A stretch of DNA of 64,000 nucleotides, from positions 6,853,708 through 6,917,707 of the forward strand of contig OZ316891.1 in the NCBI GenBank assembly GCA_973895155.1, in the 5' to 3' direction. Below are positions 42,169 to 56,501 of the stretch, one piece after another; positions within the stretch are counted from its first letter, which is position 1, and each line of letters begins with the position of its first letter. The notes beneath the pieces are model-generated. The model ran no database searches. It was not told the DNA's origin and was given only the letters and a program-made list of their open reading frames with translations. Source of the DNA: Marsupella aquatica. Lineage: Eukaryota > Plantae > Marchantiophyta. The position numbers were made by a program, and so were the translations under genes.

Positions 42169-45100
42169 ATGTTTTCCCAATGGGCGACCAAGCGTGTTTG
42201 CAAGTTTTTTATGAAACGCCTCTTGGGGCGGATGCTGCGAAGCGAGCTCGACTTGGAGCAGCTTGAGGTGCAGCTAGGTTTTGGCACAATTCAACTGAGG
42301 GATATCTTCCTCAACACCGACTATCTTAATGATCAGGTAAGATGGCTGTTGCCTCTTCTCGTCAATATTTCTCGGCTTGTCGGTTCAGCCACATAATTTT
42401 CTTGCATAATCGTTTTCTCGTTGTCGTGAAATTGGCAAGACGGTGAGGGATTGTGGATGGGTTCGCACTCTTGAGGAGAACGAGGGTTCTTTATAGCATA
42501 TTGCTTTCCGTGGCTTGTATGTAATTCTTGGGTGTATCATCAATTATGGTTCTTCGTGCCCTCTCTGGTCTACTTTTCTGTTTGTAACAACCCATTCAAG
42601 GATGGTGTTAACCTTGTGATTTCTAAACTTGTCGCGGCTGGAGAAGAGCACGCTTAATACGCAGAAGTGGAGATATTGAATTCCCAGTTTCTAGGGTTTG
42701 CGCCGTGTGCAAGTAACACTCATCACGATGAAGTAGTCTATAACTCCGGGGCTATGCCTGTTTTTTACAGCTCGGAGATGCATCAGTTGCAATTAAGGAG
42801 GGGTCGATCGGGAGTGTCAGGGCGAAGATTCCGTGGAAAGTTTTGACCACGGAGTCATGTGAGATCGAGGTGGATGAGTTGAAGCTCGTCATAGTTCCAC
42901 GCCCTCAGTGTGAGGATAGTGGCAGCAGTAATCCAGCTCCTTCGGAGACTGACGATTTGAGGTTTGTAGAGGGCCCCCAGTATCCGCTAGGTGATTCAGA
43001 CGCAAGTGGGCTGGGGGCTGCAGGAGGTGGTGCGTATATGGGTGTTGATGATGGGGTAAGGATGATTGCCAAGATGGTGGAACGGGTACTTCTAGGATTG
43101 CGGGTTAAAGTTTCGAATATGATCATAGTTTTCGAAGAACCAATGGAGAAGATAAATGATCTTTTGTCCGAGGACGTCGATGCCCGGATACCAGCCCAGC
43201 AGACTACATCACCACATTGTCTGCTCATTGTACGATTGGCATACGTAGAGTATGGAGTTGAAGCCCCACAGAACGATGTGGAAGAACCTGTGAAGGCTAC
43301 TAGTGGAACAGAGCAGGGTATGTTGGTCAAGGTAGTGAAATTCCAGGGTACAACTGTTGAGGTTGTTGATGTGCAAGATGAAATTGTGGGGTGTGAGGGC
43401 CCTTCTGTTGATTCAGGAGGAGTTGGTGTGACTCGAACGCATTTCTTAGGGCAGCCAGTATTTGTTCTGTTCGGGGAAAGTGGAGGTCTTGAAGGATCGA
43501 TCCAGTTAAGTGTTCCCTGGAGAGATGGAATCGTGGATGTCCCTAAGGTCCATGCTGACTTTTCTATAAGCCAGATGAAACTGAGACTGTCACCACACCA
43601 GATTCAACAGGTACTGAGTTTGGCACAAGCGTACAGTCGCGAGGGAGGTGTAGGTGCCAGTAGTTCCCCAAGTGGTCCAGCTCTCAAATCCGCCATATGG
43701 AATGGAGGTAACCTAGGGGATTTTACAGGAAGCAGGTTTCACAGTGCCACAACTACAGACAGGAACAGTGAATTATTCAAGTCTTTCTCTGGTTCCATGT
43801 CTAGCAAGAATGGAAGGGGAATTGAATCAGAATCGTCAAGTCCTTCATTTCTTCCAGTGACAAGATTCATCTCGGACTGGATGCATTGGGCTGGAAGTGA
43901 AGGGCAACGGAAGGACGGAACTGTGGCTGAAGCGGATTTAGCTGCGAGGTATACATTTGTAACTAGCTGTGTGACCATTTTCGAGAATCATGCTGCATCT
44001 AGTTTGGTTTGGACTTGGCTCTTCTTTATCTCCTCTCATGATGATCGTTATGTTGCAGTGTGGATGAGTTTTTCGAGTGTTTTGACGGCACGAGGAGCAG
44101 CCAAGCAAGCTTTAGCAACAGTGGAATGTGGAATTGGACTCGTTCGGCATTTAGTGCCATCACGGCTGCATCCAGCTTAGCAGCAGGCTCCGTTGCTCTT
44201 GCGCCTGGTGTGACTTCCTTCTCTCGGTCTCTCCCAATAGCTGTCAATGTTCAAGAATGTGAATAACGGCTACTTGCGAATATTTCCCACTCACGTAGTG
44301 TATGTCTGTTTCTTTGGTTAGATCCCCCAAAACAACCGGAGTATAGTATGAAGGCAAGGTTGAGTGGAATATCTCTGGACTTGTATTATGATTGCATGAG
44401 TGTACGGGAGGATGATTTGACGCCAACCTTGGCCAGTGAACTTCGACCACTGAAGGAAGTATCGCCAAAGCCAGGCTCAGGAGGACAGGCTTCACCGGAT
44501 GCAGAGATGTTGGAAGGTCCAGCCGAGGAGTGTCTGAAAGCAGAGCTCCGTGAGCTAAATATTTGTCTGATGGTAAAGAATTTCCTTGCGTGCAACTTCT
44601 AAGTTGTTCTAGAGTTCTGCTGAATAATGCAGTCTTTGTTCTTTGATTATATGTTTCTTCAGCCATTTGAACATCGACCTGTTGTGTTTGGATTTTTTGG
44701 GATCTGAAGGGATGACTCATGTCTTACAATGATGGTCGTGTTTCAGGTATCTGGACCTTTGACTGAATTCAATGGGACTGTTAAAGATCTGGCCGTGTCA
44801 GAAGTAGTGCTTAGAGAGGTCGTTGACGGATTGCAAAGAGTTCGGAGTGCCAACTGGCAATCCCAGGCGGAGAATTCGTTTCCTATCACTCAGATTGTTC
44901 AAGAATCCATAGAACATGTCTTACCTTCGTTTCCAACTTCATTCTCCAGCAAACAATCACGAGGTGGGAGCCCAAGCAATACTTTAGGCCGCGAAGTTGT
45001 GGAGCAGGACGGTTTGCTTGGCAGTCACCATGTTGGGCAGACCATGGCAAGGAACGACTTGTATGAGAAGAAGCAATTGTTGCGAGTTGTTTCTGAACCA

Positions 45101-48100
45101 GATCATGCCGCGCGGGTGACTGTTACATGGCAATGTCCACCTCTTGGCAGTGTAGCCACTCCAGCCGAGACGGAAATCACAGCATCTCTACAGCCTTTAG
45201 CGATATGGCTTGATGTTCACACCTTGAAACGGATAGAGTCCTTGATGCAGAAATCTAAGGTCTCAGCCATGGAGAGAAGCAGGTCTGCGAAATGCACTGG
45301 CAGCAATCACGTTCCACACTTACCTCAGGAAGTTCACAGGTCGGAAAAGAGACCTGGGTTGTCTGTTCACGACCGTGGTGTGGAGGCTGTGACAGAAAGG
45401 GTTATTGAAAGGGGACCATTCCGTGTCAAGCTTTTGGCACCATGTGTCCGTGTAATAATATGCTTTCCTGTATGTTTTGGACCAGGTTCTAGCTTGTTGC
45501 AGGACGATTTTGTAGCTTTGGATATAGATGCCCCCTCTGCACAGTTGGGGATTATTCAGCCATTAATTGATTTTACTCATGTTGGAAAAACTAAGTCTGT
45601 CTCTAGCTCTTCTGCAGCTGATACGCTTATGTTAAGATTCGGGGATATTAGTTCCACCTTAGTATCTAGTATGGATGAGGTGAACAGGGGCCACAATGCA
45701 AGCAATGGTTATGCTTTCACCGCAGATGAAATATTGCTCATAAGTCAGCAGGACTCAATATGGGGATCGTTACCTACTCTAGGTAGACAGTTCGAACACG
45801 GTGTTTCCTTAGAAATTCAGTGGCAGGGAGGTAGTGAGGTTGGTTCCTGGGTTGCGAAACGAGCTTGGGATGGAGTCGCAGCCCAGCAAAGTCAGGGGGA
45901 TGGTGGACGTGGAATCGGTGGAAGTAACTCTGAGTTTGCTGCTGCCACAACAGCTGCAGAAGCCGTGGAGGAGGAAAACTCACAGATTCGGAAGGAATTG
46001 CTAGCATGTTCATCATCATCGATTAGGGTGAACATCCCACACATCAGGCTTAGACTCTCAGAGCCTCAGTATACTCGAGTCCTCGAGTTGATTGGTTGTT
46101 TTATTGATGCTCTCGTCTTCAAGGCTGAAGAAGGTGGTGCTGAGAGGAACACTGACGGGCCTGTGTCCTTGCAAACTGCGGTAGCATCTTCTGACACACC
46201 GGGCCCCCCCTGTAAGACGTTACAGACGTCCATTCTATTTCAGTGTGGTCGAGTGGATGTTGCTTTGTGTCTTAAAGGACAACAGGTACTTCCGGTAATT
46301 GTGAAACAGGGCTCAAGGCTGTGGGATGTGATACGGTTGAACTTTGAGAAGCTACAAGTGTTGTCTGTGCTTGGAGTTGGAGGGCATGCTGATTGCTCCT
46401 ACTTATGGGTTCATCATGAAGACTGCGAGGTCACCGGTTCATTTTTTGATGAAAGCCCTAGTAGTCACTTGGAAGAAATGCTATTATTATCTTGCAAACG
46501 TGAAGCTCTTGGCCGTGGTGATGGAGGAATAGGGAATGCTTTAGCTGCTGGAAAAGCAGGCTTGACGCTTACCCACATGGTTTGGCCTGGACAAGAGCAA
46601 TTGGGGGATGCCTTGTTAACTGGGACAATAAGAGGAATCACTTTTGTTGCTCATAGTGGCCGTCTTGACTGGGTGTCAGCTATTAGTCAATTTTTCAACG
46701 CCAGTGATCAGATGGAAGGTTCAGTTGAGATGAGCCTGAGATCTGGTCTTGAGGATGCAAACGAGATTGCATCAGAGCTAGATCAAACTGCTAACTCCCC
46801 CAATATGCGCACTTTCTTTCTTCTGGACTTTCATGATGTAGCTTTATGCTACGAGCCTGGCTCTGAGGTAATGCCTGCTGGGGGTATGAGAGCAGGGAGA
46901 GATTCATGGAGAAGAGGGGAACCATCTTCAGGTGAATCATCCCAGATCTTTGCACCTGTAGCGTCTGTTGTTGCTGCAGCAGCTGTGCGAGTTTCAAGTA
47001 GTGTTGCCCCAAGAGTGACAGGTGAACAGTACGATATTTGGCTTCGGGATGTAGCTCTTCACCTTTTGGATACAGCATTGAGGAAGGAAACGTCTTTTGA
47101 CTACACCACTGAATCCATGCATCAGACAGGATATGTGCAGGTTGAGTTCATTCCCTCGCCATGATTTGTGATATTTGCAGCAATTTAGCTGAGGCAAGTG
47201 GTAGAATTAAGAGTTTCCCTCCATGTTCTATCACAAGCAATTGTTGACTCTCTTAGAATGCATGAATAAATTTATAGAGAACCGCAAAAGCATGTAGTCC
47301 TATCAACTGCTAATGATAAATTTGACTTGCTTCAGATTGCGAGGGAGGCTGTCATGGAGGCTTTGGTAAGAATTGATGGCGAGAGTGGTCTTCAGTGGGA
47401 ACTTGAATGTGCAAATAATCAGCTTCGGTTTGATACTTGTCATGATACGACAGCTGCCTTTGGTCGGCTTGTAGCTCAACTTCAGCAACTTTTTGTCCCA
47501 GACATCGAACCTCCGAGTGCAAATTTGAAATCTTGGAAAGTAGATGGCTCAGGTGGGGAAAGCCCTAGTCTTAGAAATATGACAATGGGTGCTGCTGGTG
47601 ATTTTCAAAATGGAGCAGGTAGCGAGGAGTTCAATTCTAATAACCTTTTTGAAGGGGTACTGGAAGATGCTTTTTCTCGTGCTAGAAGCTCCTGGTCATC
47701 TGCTGTGGGAGAGGATGTTGTCGATGACCTACAAGCGGAAACGTTCACTGTCGTAGGTGCCCCTTTTCATAGTAGGGTCAGCTCCATGGACAGACATGAG
47801 TTTCTTGACAGAAGTAGACAAGACCTTTCTGCACCGGTCATCAAAAGTGTCCCATCTACTCCCACTCAGCTGCCACGTGCGCTATCCCGGACACCGTCGG
47901 AAGAATCTGTAATAATTAACAATACTGGTCTTCCCACTTTCATCGAAGATTACTATGTGACCACACAAAGCCATTCTTTGCAGTCTCTCGGGGTTACGCT
48001 CTCTAGGCAAACTGGGGACTCACCAAGACTATCAGCTGGGTCATCAAGGCAGGCCAGCAGGGAGTCCACAAGTTCAGGGGCTGGTCGAGAGGCCGAAGGA

Positions 48101-51100
48101 AAGGGTGTTTGGTATACAGGGAAATGTTTGGAAGTAGTGGAGGATCACGTACCCGATGACTTTGCTAGAGTTGATGGGGAGCAAGGGAGCCAAAAATCTG
48201 GAAACACGAAACAGGGTCACAGTAGAAAGTCGTCACTGCCGAAGAAGTATCCTTCCCCTGTTGGCAGAGTGATACTCAGGGATCTACGTGCGAGATGGCG
48301 TTTCTATGGAGGCTCAGATTGGCCTACCAGCAAGGCAGGGCAGCATCAGAGATCGCCTTCTCAATCAAACGTGGAAGAAAGTGGGAGGCAGGCCGGGACC
48401 TGCTTGGAAGTCTTGCTGGACGGAATGGACCTACAGTATGATGCCTTTCCAGCAGTTGGGCTTTATGCATCTCGACTTGTTGTGTCTGTCCGAGACATTG
48501 GAGTATATGACTGCAGCAGCGATGCACCATGGAAAATGGTTTGTTTCCCTCTCTCACATGAGCTGTTGATCAAGTACAAGATCTTTGCGTAACATGAGCA
48601 GACCGTACTGTACCTTTCCATTTTGCAGTCCATGAGCAAAATGGTGGTATTACAGTCCATGAGCAGACCGTACTGTACCTTTCCTCTTACCATTTGTAAC
48701 CAGTTTAAATTCCTTGCCCTATATATGTCTCACTCTAGCTGCCGTGCACAGGTTCTGGGTTATCACCGCGCAAAATCACGTCCTCGAGAGTCATCGTCGC
48801 AAGCGGTAAAAATTGAGATGGACGCAGTGAGGCCAGATCCCTTGGCTCCTCTTGAAGAATACAGGTGAGTGTGCAGGACAGAGAGAAAAGTTATACGTGC
48901 CGGTTTAGGTCAGCTTCTCTAAGAAACTCAGTTGCAACTTGTATTGAACTTATCGCCCTTTTGTGGTTTACAGTTTAGCACAATCAAAGATGATGGTGTT
49001 GTATTTCTGTAGGCTCTCAATTGCTCTCCTGCCTATTCGTCTTCACCTCGATCAGCGCCATATTGATTTCTGCATCGAGTTTTTCGCTCCACGCCAATCT
49101 TCTTCTGCAGCCGGACAGTCCTGTGATGAGGGCGGCTATCCATTAGCTGGGACCCCAATCTCTGGCAGCCCTGAACTCCCATCTGATACAAATGGCTTAG
49201 TGGAGGATGCGTTGCTCCCTTTTTTCCAGGTATAAAGTCTGCAGCTTTTTCTCTTCTCTGTGGTACCCAGGGCAATGCATGAACGTTAGTAAATCTGGCT
49301 TGTGACTGAACGTCAATGCATGATCATTCATAACGGGGAGGCTTGTCTTCACAGATTTGCGAGATGCGACCTTTCACTGTCCGTGTGGATTATCTTCCTC
49401 GCCGAGTTGATCTGATATCTCTTCGGGGGGGAAACTATGCGGAGCTCTTGAATCTTGTCAGTTGGAAGGTATACGCTCAACCAATTTCCTGCTTGGGTCT
49501 GTATGGATTGCGTTTGTCAAATGATCTTGGTCATGTATTCTACTGTCTTATTGGCTGAACTTTGTTCGGTAGTCGTGATGGGGGCCCAAAAAAGGCCCCA
49601 GGATGTATGTGTCTGCGATACTTGTCTGCAATACTTTGTCGGATGGCAGTTATACTTGTTGTAACTGGGCCCCACTGTATTGTCCCGATGGCTTAGAGTG
49701 AGGAGAGGAAAGTACTTTCCTACTAGTATTTTCCCATTTTCTTATACATGACAATACATTGACAAGTTCAGCTATTGTGACCAACCTCTTTGGTCACGGG
49801 CCTGGTGTAATTGACATGTGAACTTCTTAATCTGCACAGTATGGAGTTCTCGTCTTCCTGTAGGCAGTGATACCTCGGTTGTCTTTGCTCATTTAGAGGC
49901 ATCTTAGAGATTAGTCAGCCGCAGGTGGACCTGAAACTCCAGTGGGATGCTGCAGGGGATAGAGTTGAATCTCAAGCACGTCAGAGCGGCTGGAGTTCAT
50001 GGATGGAGTAGCCTTTCAGGAGTCATTTTCGGTGAATGGTTGGAAGATATATCCCAGAATCAGGTTCCTTTTCTGCATCCTTTTCTATTCTTGCAATGGA
50101 CGCAGGACTTTTATCCTTACCATCCTGACATAGCTTACATTCGGCAGCTTCTTAAATATTCGTTTCCATCCTTCATACCCTAAATGGCTATGAATTTGTA
50201 CTTCCTCGTTTACGGATTGATCCTATGTTTCGTGGTCACCCTTGTTACTCTCTCCCCTTTCTTGACAGCATTTTCATCGATCATTCTTAATCATCTGGTG
50301 ACCATCTTGCTTGTCTCGTATCCCGGGAGATTATATCGATGTGCTTGTGCAATGTAGGTGCATAAGTTTGTCCGAGGGGTGGGACCAATCCGGCCTCTTT
50401 ATGCAGTGGGCTCTGGCGCTGCCAAGCTTCTTGTGCTTCCTGCTGAGCATTACAAGAAGGATCGTCGAGTATTCCGAGGGATGCGGAAAGGTGTAATTTC
50501 TATGCCATTGCAATGTGTACGGTTTTTCCCTTTTTGCAGCCTTTGACCTGTAGTAATACTGAAATATTTCAGCTCACACTTGACGGGTGATAGGACAAAG
50601 TTCTAAGATTAAGTTACAAATGTCTTGGACAGGTGCAATTGCATTTCTTCGAAGTATATCGTTAGAAGCATTGGGTTTGGGAGCACATTTGGCAGCTGGA
50701 GCGCATGAGATATTACAGCAAACAGAACTGGCTCTTGGGGGAACCCCTGTACCTACATCATTTACTTCTGAGAAAGGAGACCGGAGAAGCAGAGCTGTTC
50801 AGCCAGGGGATGCCCGTGAAGGTATTCAACAGGCTTGTGAAAGCTTATCACAAGGATTGGAGAGAACGGCCTCATCATTAGTTGGAAATCCATTAAAAGT
50901 ATACCAACGTGGTGCTGGTGCAGGCTTCGCAGTTGCCAGTGCATTGAGGGCGGCGCCAGCAGCTGCTGTGGCACCGGCTTCTGCAGCTGTTGGAGCTTTC
51001 CATCGTGCCCTACTTGGTGTTCGAAATGAGTGAGTAATCTAATGATCCCTCGGTGAATTGGCGTCCTGCATCGGATAGTTGTCTGGACTTCACTATGTAT

Positions 51101-51571
51101 TTCTTTTCTGTTTATCAGATGGTGACTCGTAGATTTTCAAAGGAGCTTCGTGTTATGAAGATAGGGATTCATGACAGTCGAATGACCATTCTAGTGATTT
51201 TTGAAGTAAAATTTCTTTGTACTGTTGTAAATCCTTTGGCTGCATAGTGGTTTCATATTAGCAATCCCTGGGCCAAGTTTCTGTTGTAGATTCTCCTTTT
51301 TCCCCAGGCTGGGTTTTGTATTACCTGTGGAGTCTCAACAGTACGAAAATTAAACGCGCTTGTTTTTGACGAAGAAGCTTGTGTTTTACTTCTTCTTCTC
51401 GTGTTTATCGTTGGCGTATGGACCGGCACCTGTTCAGATTCTTCTGCTATTGTCTTTGCAGACCCTAATGTGCTGTTTATGTCGGGTTTGAGCAGGCTTG
51501 ATCCTGAAAGGAAGAGGGAGTCTGATGAGAAGCACACAGGCCCTCCACCTGATACAAGGAGAGCTCGATGA
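42169..51571 (+). CDS. ATG2: Autophagy-related protein 2 (lipid-transfer protein), ~13 coding exons
   Basis: N-terminal chorein motif [13 protein letters not shown]...[19 protein letters not shown]; [10 protein letters not shown]; TCHDT (CAD-like motif); WRFYGGSDW; [10 protein letters not shown]; [11 protein letters not shown]; WLEDISQNQ; [16 protein letters not shown]. Stop TGA at 51569-51571; GT-AG borders. Confidence 0.96.
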
Positions 51572-54093
51572 CAGTAGTTGTGGCTGTCGTTAAATTTAAC
51601 CTCTTAGCCTGGTCCTTTCGCTGGGCGTCCAACATCTTGCAGGACAAGAGAGCTTCCAGCCATTAGGGGACTGCCATTGTACATATCTTTACAAACAGGT
51701 CAACTATTGTAGATATCACTCTGGTAGCCAGATGACATTCGAATGTCAGTGGTAGACCTGATCCTGCTCCAATGATAGCTCCCAATTTATGGCTCATTTA
51801 GTTCAGATACATTAGATCTTCAGATCGTATCATCAGATCACCTATATCATTTCTAGGAAGGAGAACCTGCGATTTTGCCGTGGGTACTAGATCGTCAAGT
51901 TCTTCCACAAAATTTTCTGTGCTCTCACAAAAATGGACAAGGCCTGTTATTGGGGACCTGTGTTAAGCCCTGTGGCTCTATAGCCACCAAAAATGGTGTT
52001 TGCGTGATGGAAGGTACTCTTTGCCCCATCTCTTCATTGATTTATTTCCCTGGACGAGTTTCGTATGCCAAGGTTGTTTCTCCGCAAGATTTGTACGAGT
52101 TCAAATAGTGACTGATATGCTCTGGTGAAATGTAAGTAGTATAATGTCAAGAATGACGGTATAAATATGTAGATGTTTTCTTCACCTTAGTTTTTGGGAA
52201 TGCCTCACTTACTGTTGTGAAGGTGTAAATTCTAACAGTCTCCTGGTTCAATTGCCGTGTAGGCTATGCGATTGGCCTGCGAAGTGCTGCTACCCGAGGG
52301 CCCTGCGATTCAGGATGGCACCGCTTAATAATATTCAACCTACAGAAGCATTACAGCCCGATTTAGATGATTCTGATGATTATACATGAACTCAGTAGGA
52401 AGTTAGATTAGTAAAGTTGCCGTAGTGCGTTATGGCAGCATTGTAGCTTGTGTTGCTGATAACACAATTTTGTTATGCAAATTGTCTTGGGGAGATCTTT
52501 TACATATATGCTACGTGTATTCTTGTACACTAAAAGTTCGTCACTCATTTTTGAATTGGTGGGATTCAAGAATTTATTCCATGAATATTTTCATGGCCTG
52601 GTATATAAAGTTTCCATACTGTTGTCATTTAATATCTATTGATTCCAGAATTTGGCAATACTTGGGCCTCTATTTTCTTCACGTCCAATGTTACTATCCC
52701 CTCTGCTTTATCTTCTCGTCTCTAAGTTTCGAATTTGGTTCTCAATAAGAGCCTGACTGGGCTAACGACTGTCTTGTAGAAATTTTTGCCATGATTGCTG
52801 ATATCGGTCTTCCTGACAATGTCACGACAATGCATAAAACTCATATGTTCCGATTTTGTATTTATGCAGCTCCCTAACCTTTTTTCTTAGTGTCAACAAC
52901 GACCACAAGCTCATGGTGCAAGCGCATGGATTTGCTTCCTTGTAGTTCTACTTAGAGTCAACAACGATCACAAGCTCATGCCATCATCTCCTTCGGGTGG
53001 TTTTTCTGACCCTGGGAGAACTGATCAAATCAGCCTTACACCTTAATGTACGTTGCAGTTCATTTTTAAAAGCTTCTTTCTAAGTAACACTTTGTTTTCA
53101 AAAGATTCCTTCTGCTGTCAACCACCTTGTAAAGAGTTTTTCCTGTACTTGGCTCACCTGTAATCTCCTAGGCACTCAAGATCCCACAGGAACAAGCTGC
53201 ATTCCTCTTTATTCATTTCAAACCGTCTAGCAAGTAATCCGTTTTTGGTTTTGGTTTTGTTTATGAACTACGCTTGTGAGTGAGCACACCCTATAAAGTT
53301 TGCAACTCATAAATCTGAAGTGCGGCCCAGCAGGTCAATTGTCCTGTAGGTGGATGGAAGGGGCAGTTCAAGAACGTGATGCGTGTCCCCAATTGGGCCA
53401 CAACTGATGAAGAAGAAGATATGTAAAAGCTTTATGCTGTTTTTCTGGTTTGGGAAAGTTGAAATTATACAAACCATACTTGTACTAATCTGACCATCAA
53501 TATTTTCTGGATTCTGAATTGTTCCATAGAAAAAAGAACAGACCAAACTTAATGACTTGAGGTGTGCATAAGACCAAACTTAATGACTTGAGCATTGTGC
53601 ATAAGACCAGTTTCACTCATCATGGAACATGCTTGAGTATTTGTCTTGTAGTGATTTGAAAGTAAATAAAATATGAAAACATAACTAAAAGGATTGGTGC
53701 ACAGTGACCAATGAAAAGTACAAGGATGCTACTATGTGTGCACTCAATTCAATGTCCTCATGAATGACACTCATTTCAATCAAAACCATATTAAACTTAG
53801 GAAAGAAAGACATGAGGGGAACTTAAGACACAATCAGAATCAATTCTCTCATTCATGAGAATGTTCAAGTGGTGGAGCTGTTCATTTCATCTCTAATAAA
53901 TCACAAACATTAAAATTTATAAGGGGACTGCCAAAATAAGTTCAAAATACTTTAGAAATCCTAAAAATTAAAGGGGTCCATAAATTAAATAAAAATGTAT
54001 ATGGTACACAGGCTACCCCTTGATAAGGCACATTGAAATAAAAACATATGACATCAAAACTCTGAATAAGACAAAATCTGAAAGGTCTATTCA

Positions 54094-54200
54094 TCATATA
54101 GCAGTTTCACCATTCATGTTTTCATTCTTAGAACCTTGCTCGGGTGTATGCACCATATAGCAGTTTCACCATTCACGTTTTCATTCTTAGAACCTTGCTC
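54094..54200 (+). repeat. Short tandem duplication (47-bp core x2)
   Basis: CATATAGCAGTTTCACCATTCA(T/C)GTTTTCATTCTTAGAACCTTGCTC occurs twice. Confidence 0.9.
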
Positions 54201-55085
54201 TTTTGCAAGGTGTTCTGTAACAATGAGGATTTTCACTGCCATTCATAAAGACTTGAATGATTGAGACTTTCATAATGTTCATAGAGTCAAGCCAGCATGT
54301 CGATCACTCCCTAATCACAGACTACACCATTTGGGAACCATGATGACCACTTTGGTTGAGACTCTTTCCACTTGTATGTTCTGAAACAATGAACTAAACA
54401 TTTAATTATACTTGCCTTGTGCTTCATCTTTCCGTAGGCAGATTCATGGAATCATCAGGGCGGATGTGAGAATGTTTGTGATTGCTCCATTGTTAGGTAT
54501 GTACTCTTAGGTCTAGAGTTACTTTGTAACTGCAGCTAGTCAAGCCATAGTCAAGTGCTTGTTACACTTGGATGTGCAATGACTACTTACACTAGCAAGA
54601 CTTAGTTAGTCGGTGGGACTTAGGCTTTGTCATTGTTGTGGAGCAAGTTAGGAGAAAGGAGATTTGGTATGACCGATACTCTTAAAGTTCAACAAAGCTC
54701 TCTTGTGTGTTCTTGTGGACATAACCTCTGGTGCGGTGAACCACATATATCTCCTATGTCAATTACTTGTGCATTCGGTGGATGTGGTACTATTGCATGA
54801 GTAATGGTCATTTTACTCAACATCCGTGAGTAGATATGACACTGGCAAAGAATAAAAAGTCCAAGTCAGATTCCTCTGATAAAATTTAAGGGTTCTGATC
54901 TTTCCATTATATTTAGTTCATTTTGCTTTTCCATTCTCTCCTGGGCCTCCAATGCTTTCATTGTTCTACCCTTACCCCTTATTCTCTATTCTGGAGCAAA
55001 GCCAACAAGATAATTTATTCCTCATAGAGTCCTTAAGTTTCCTTGTGTCATTGCGCCAAATATGACAGAAACTCTGATTTGGCCC

Positions 55086-55371
55086 CTCAGGGGTTTCACT
55101 TCCACAAAAATGACACATCACATGTGACAAAGGATAGGACCATTATATTGGTTCAAATGGAGACTTAATTTTTTTTTTCAAACGAACAATAGGGTCTTGT
55201 AAATCCAATTTTGAGACTCATAATAACATTAGGGCCTTTCTACCCAGAATTTTTGGAATATTCCAAAAACTTTATAGGGGTTAAAAAACAATTTTTTCTT
55301 ACATTTTGGGGGTCCGAGGCCTAAAAAGGTCACAGGTGATGTGAAGACCTGCATTTAGTGAGACCCCCGAG
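55086..55371 (-). mobile_element. MITE family B, copy 2
   Basis: CTCAGGGGTTTCACT...AGTGAGACCCCCGAG; degenerate TSD (TTGGCCC/TTGACCC). Confidence 0.85.
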
Positions 55372-55557
55372 TTGACCCAAAGACATTTTGCAATCAAATA
55401 GTGCTGTAGAGTTGCTACAGTATTTTGGCAAGTTATAGTTAAATACCAATGTCTCTCAATGCACCAAATATTTGTATTTTGAACATATATCTATACGACG
55501 GAACCCCGGGTTGAACCCAGCATTGGAACCTATTCTAGCTTTTTGACTCTCCTTCTC

Positions 55558-55844
55558 CTCGAGGGTTTCACTTCCATAAAAATGACACGTCACGTGCAAT
55601 GAAACATAAGGTCGTTTTATTGGTTTCAAAGGAAGACTTAAGAATTTTCTCAGAAGAACAATATGGTCTTTTAAATCCAATGTTGAGACTTATAAGAGCT
55701 TTAGTGTCATTCTAACCAAATTTTTGGAATATTCCAACTTTTTAGGGGTTGAAAAAAAATTATATTTTTTATACATTTTAGGGGGTCCAAGGCCTAAAAA
55801 TGTCACAGGTAATGGGGAAGTCTCCATATAGTGAGACCCCCAAG
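55558..55844 (-). mobile_element. MITE family B, copy 3
   Basis: CTCGAGGGTTTCACT...AGTGAGACCCCCAAG; TSD TCCTTCTC/TCCTTCCC. Confidence 0.88.
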
Positions 55845-56159
55845 TCCTTCCCTTCACCTCACCATGTGAATGAAATTGAACATGTACTACTGCTGTTAGA
55901 TGCATTAAAACATAGATACTCTTTGAGCCTTCATCCTGGCGCGCTGGGGTCCTCCATTCTTTTCTTCTGACCCATCATGCGCGAATAAATATAGGGTTTG
56001 ATTCTTGGGTTTAGTGATAGAGTCCTTGATATATATTTTTCTTGAATCTGAACATTAATAGGGTGTTTTAATCCAATTTTGAAAATTATGAGAATGATAG
56101 GATTATTATAAGGGGCTCTTCCCTTGAAATGGGCCTTGGAAGCATTAAAGCTCACATTA

Positions 56160-56501
56160 ATCACCTATTCATTAAAAGTGTATTTTATTTTGTTCGCTTT
56201 TAGGCCTCGAAATGTACACTTTTGGGTCTCTAAATGTACACTTTTTAACCCCAAAAGGTATACTATAGTACAATACTCTACACCTAAATAGTCAATTGTA
56301 AACTTGAGGGAGAAAAAATGATCTTTACTAGAAGGAGTCTCATCCTAGTTCATTTATAAAAGATGAACATGGTGGTATGTCTGATGGCCATCACTTTTAT
56401 TTCTTGCCCAAATGTACACTTTTTGAAAGCCAAATGTACACTTTCTATTGCCCAAATGTTCACGAATTGAATAATAATTCACTTTTAATGAATAGATTGA
56501 T
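56160..56501. mobile_element. AT-rich MITE-like element
   Basis: Inverted repeat CTATTCATTAAAAGTG / CACTTTTAATGAATAG; CATTA flanks both sides; internal AATGTACACTTT repeats. Confidence 0.6.
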
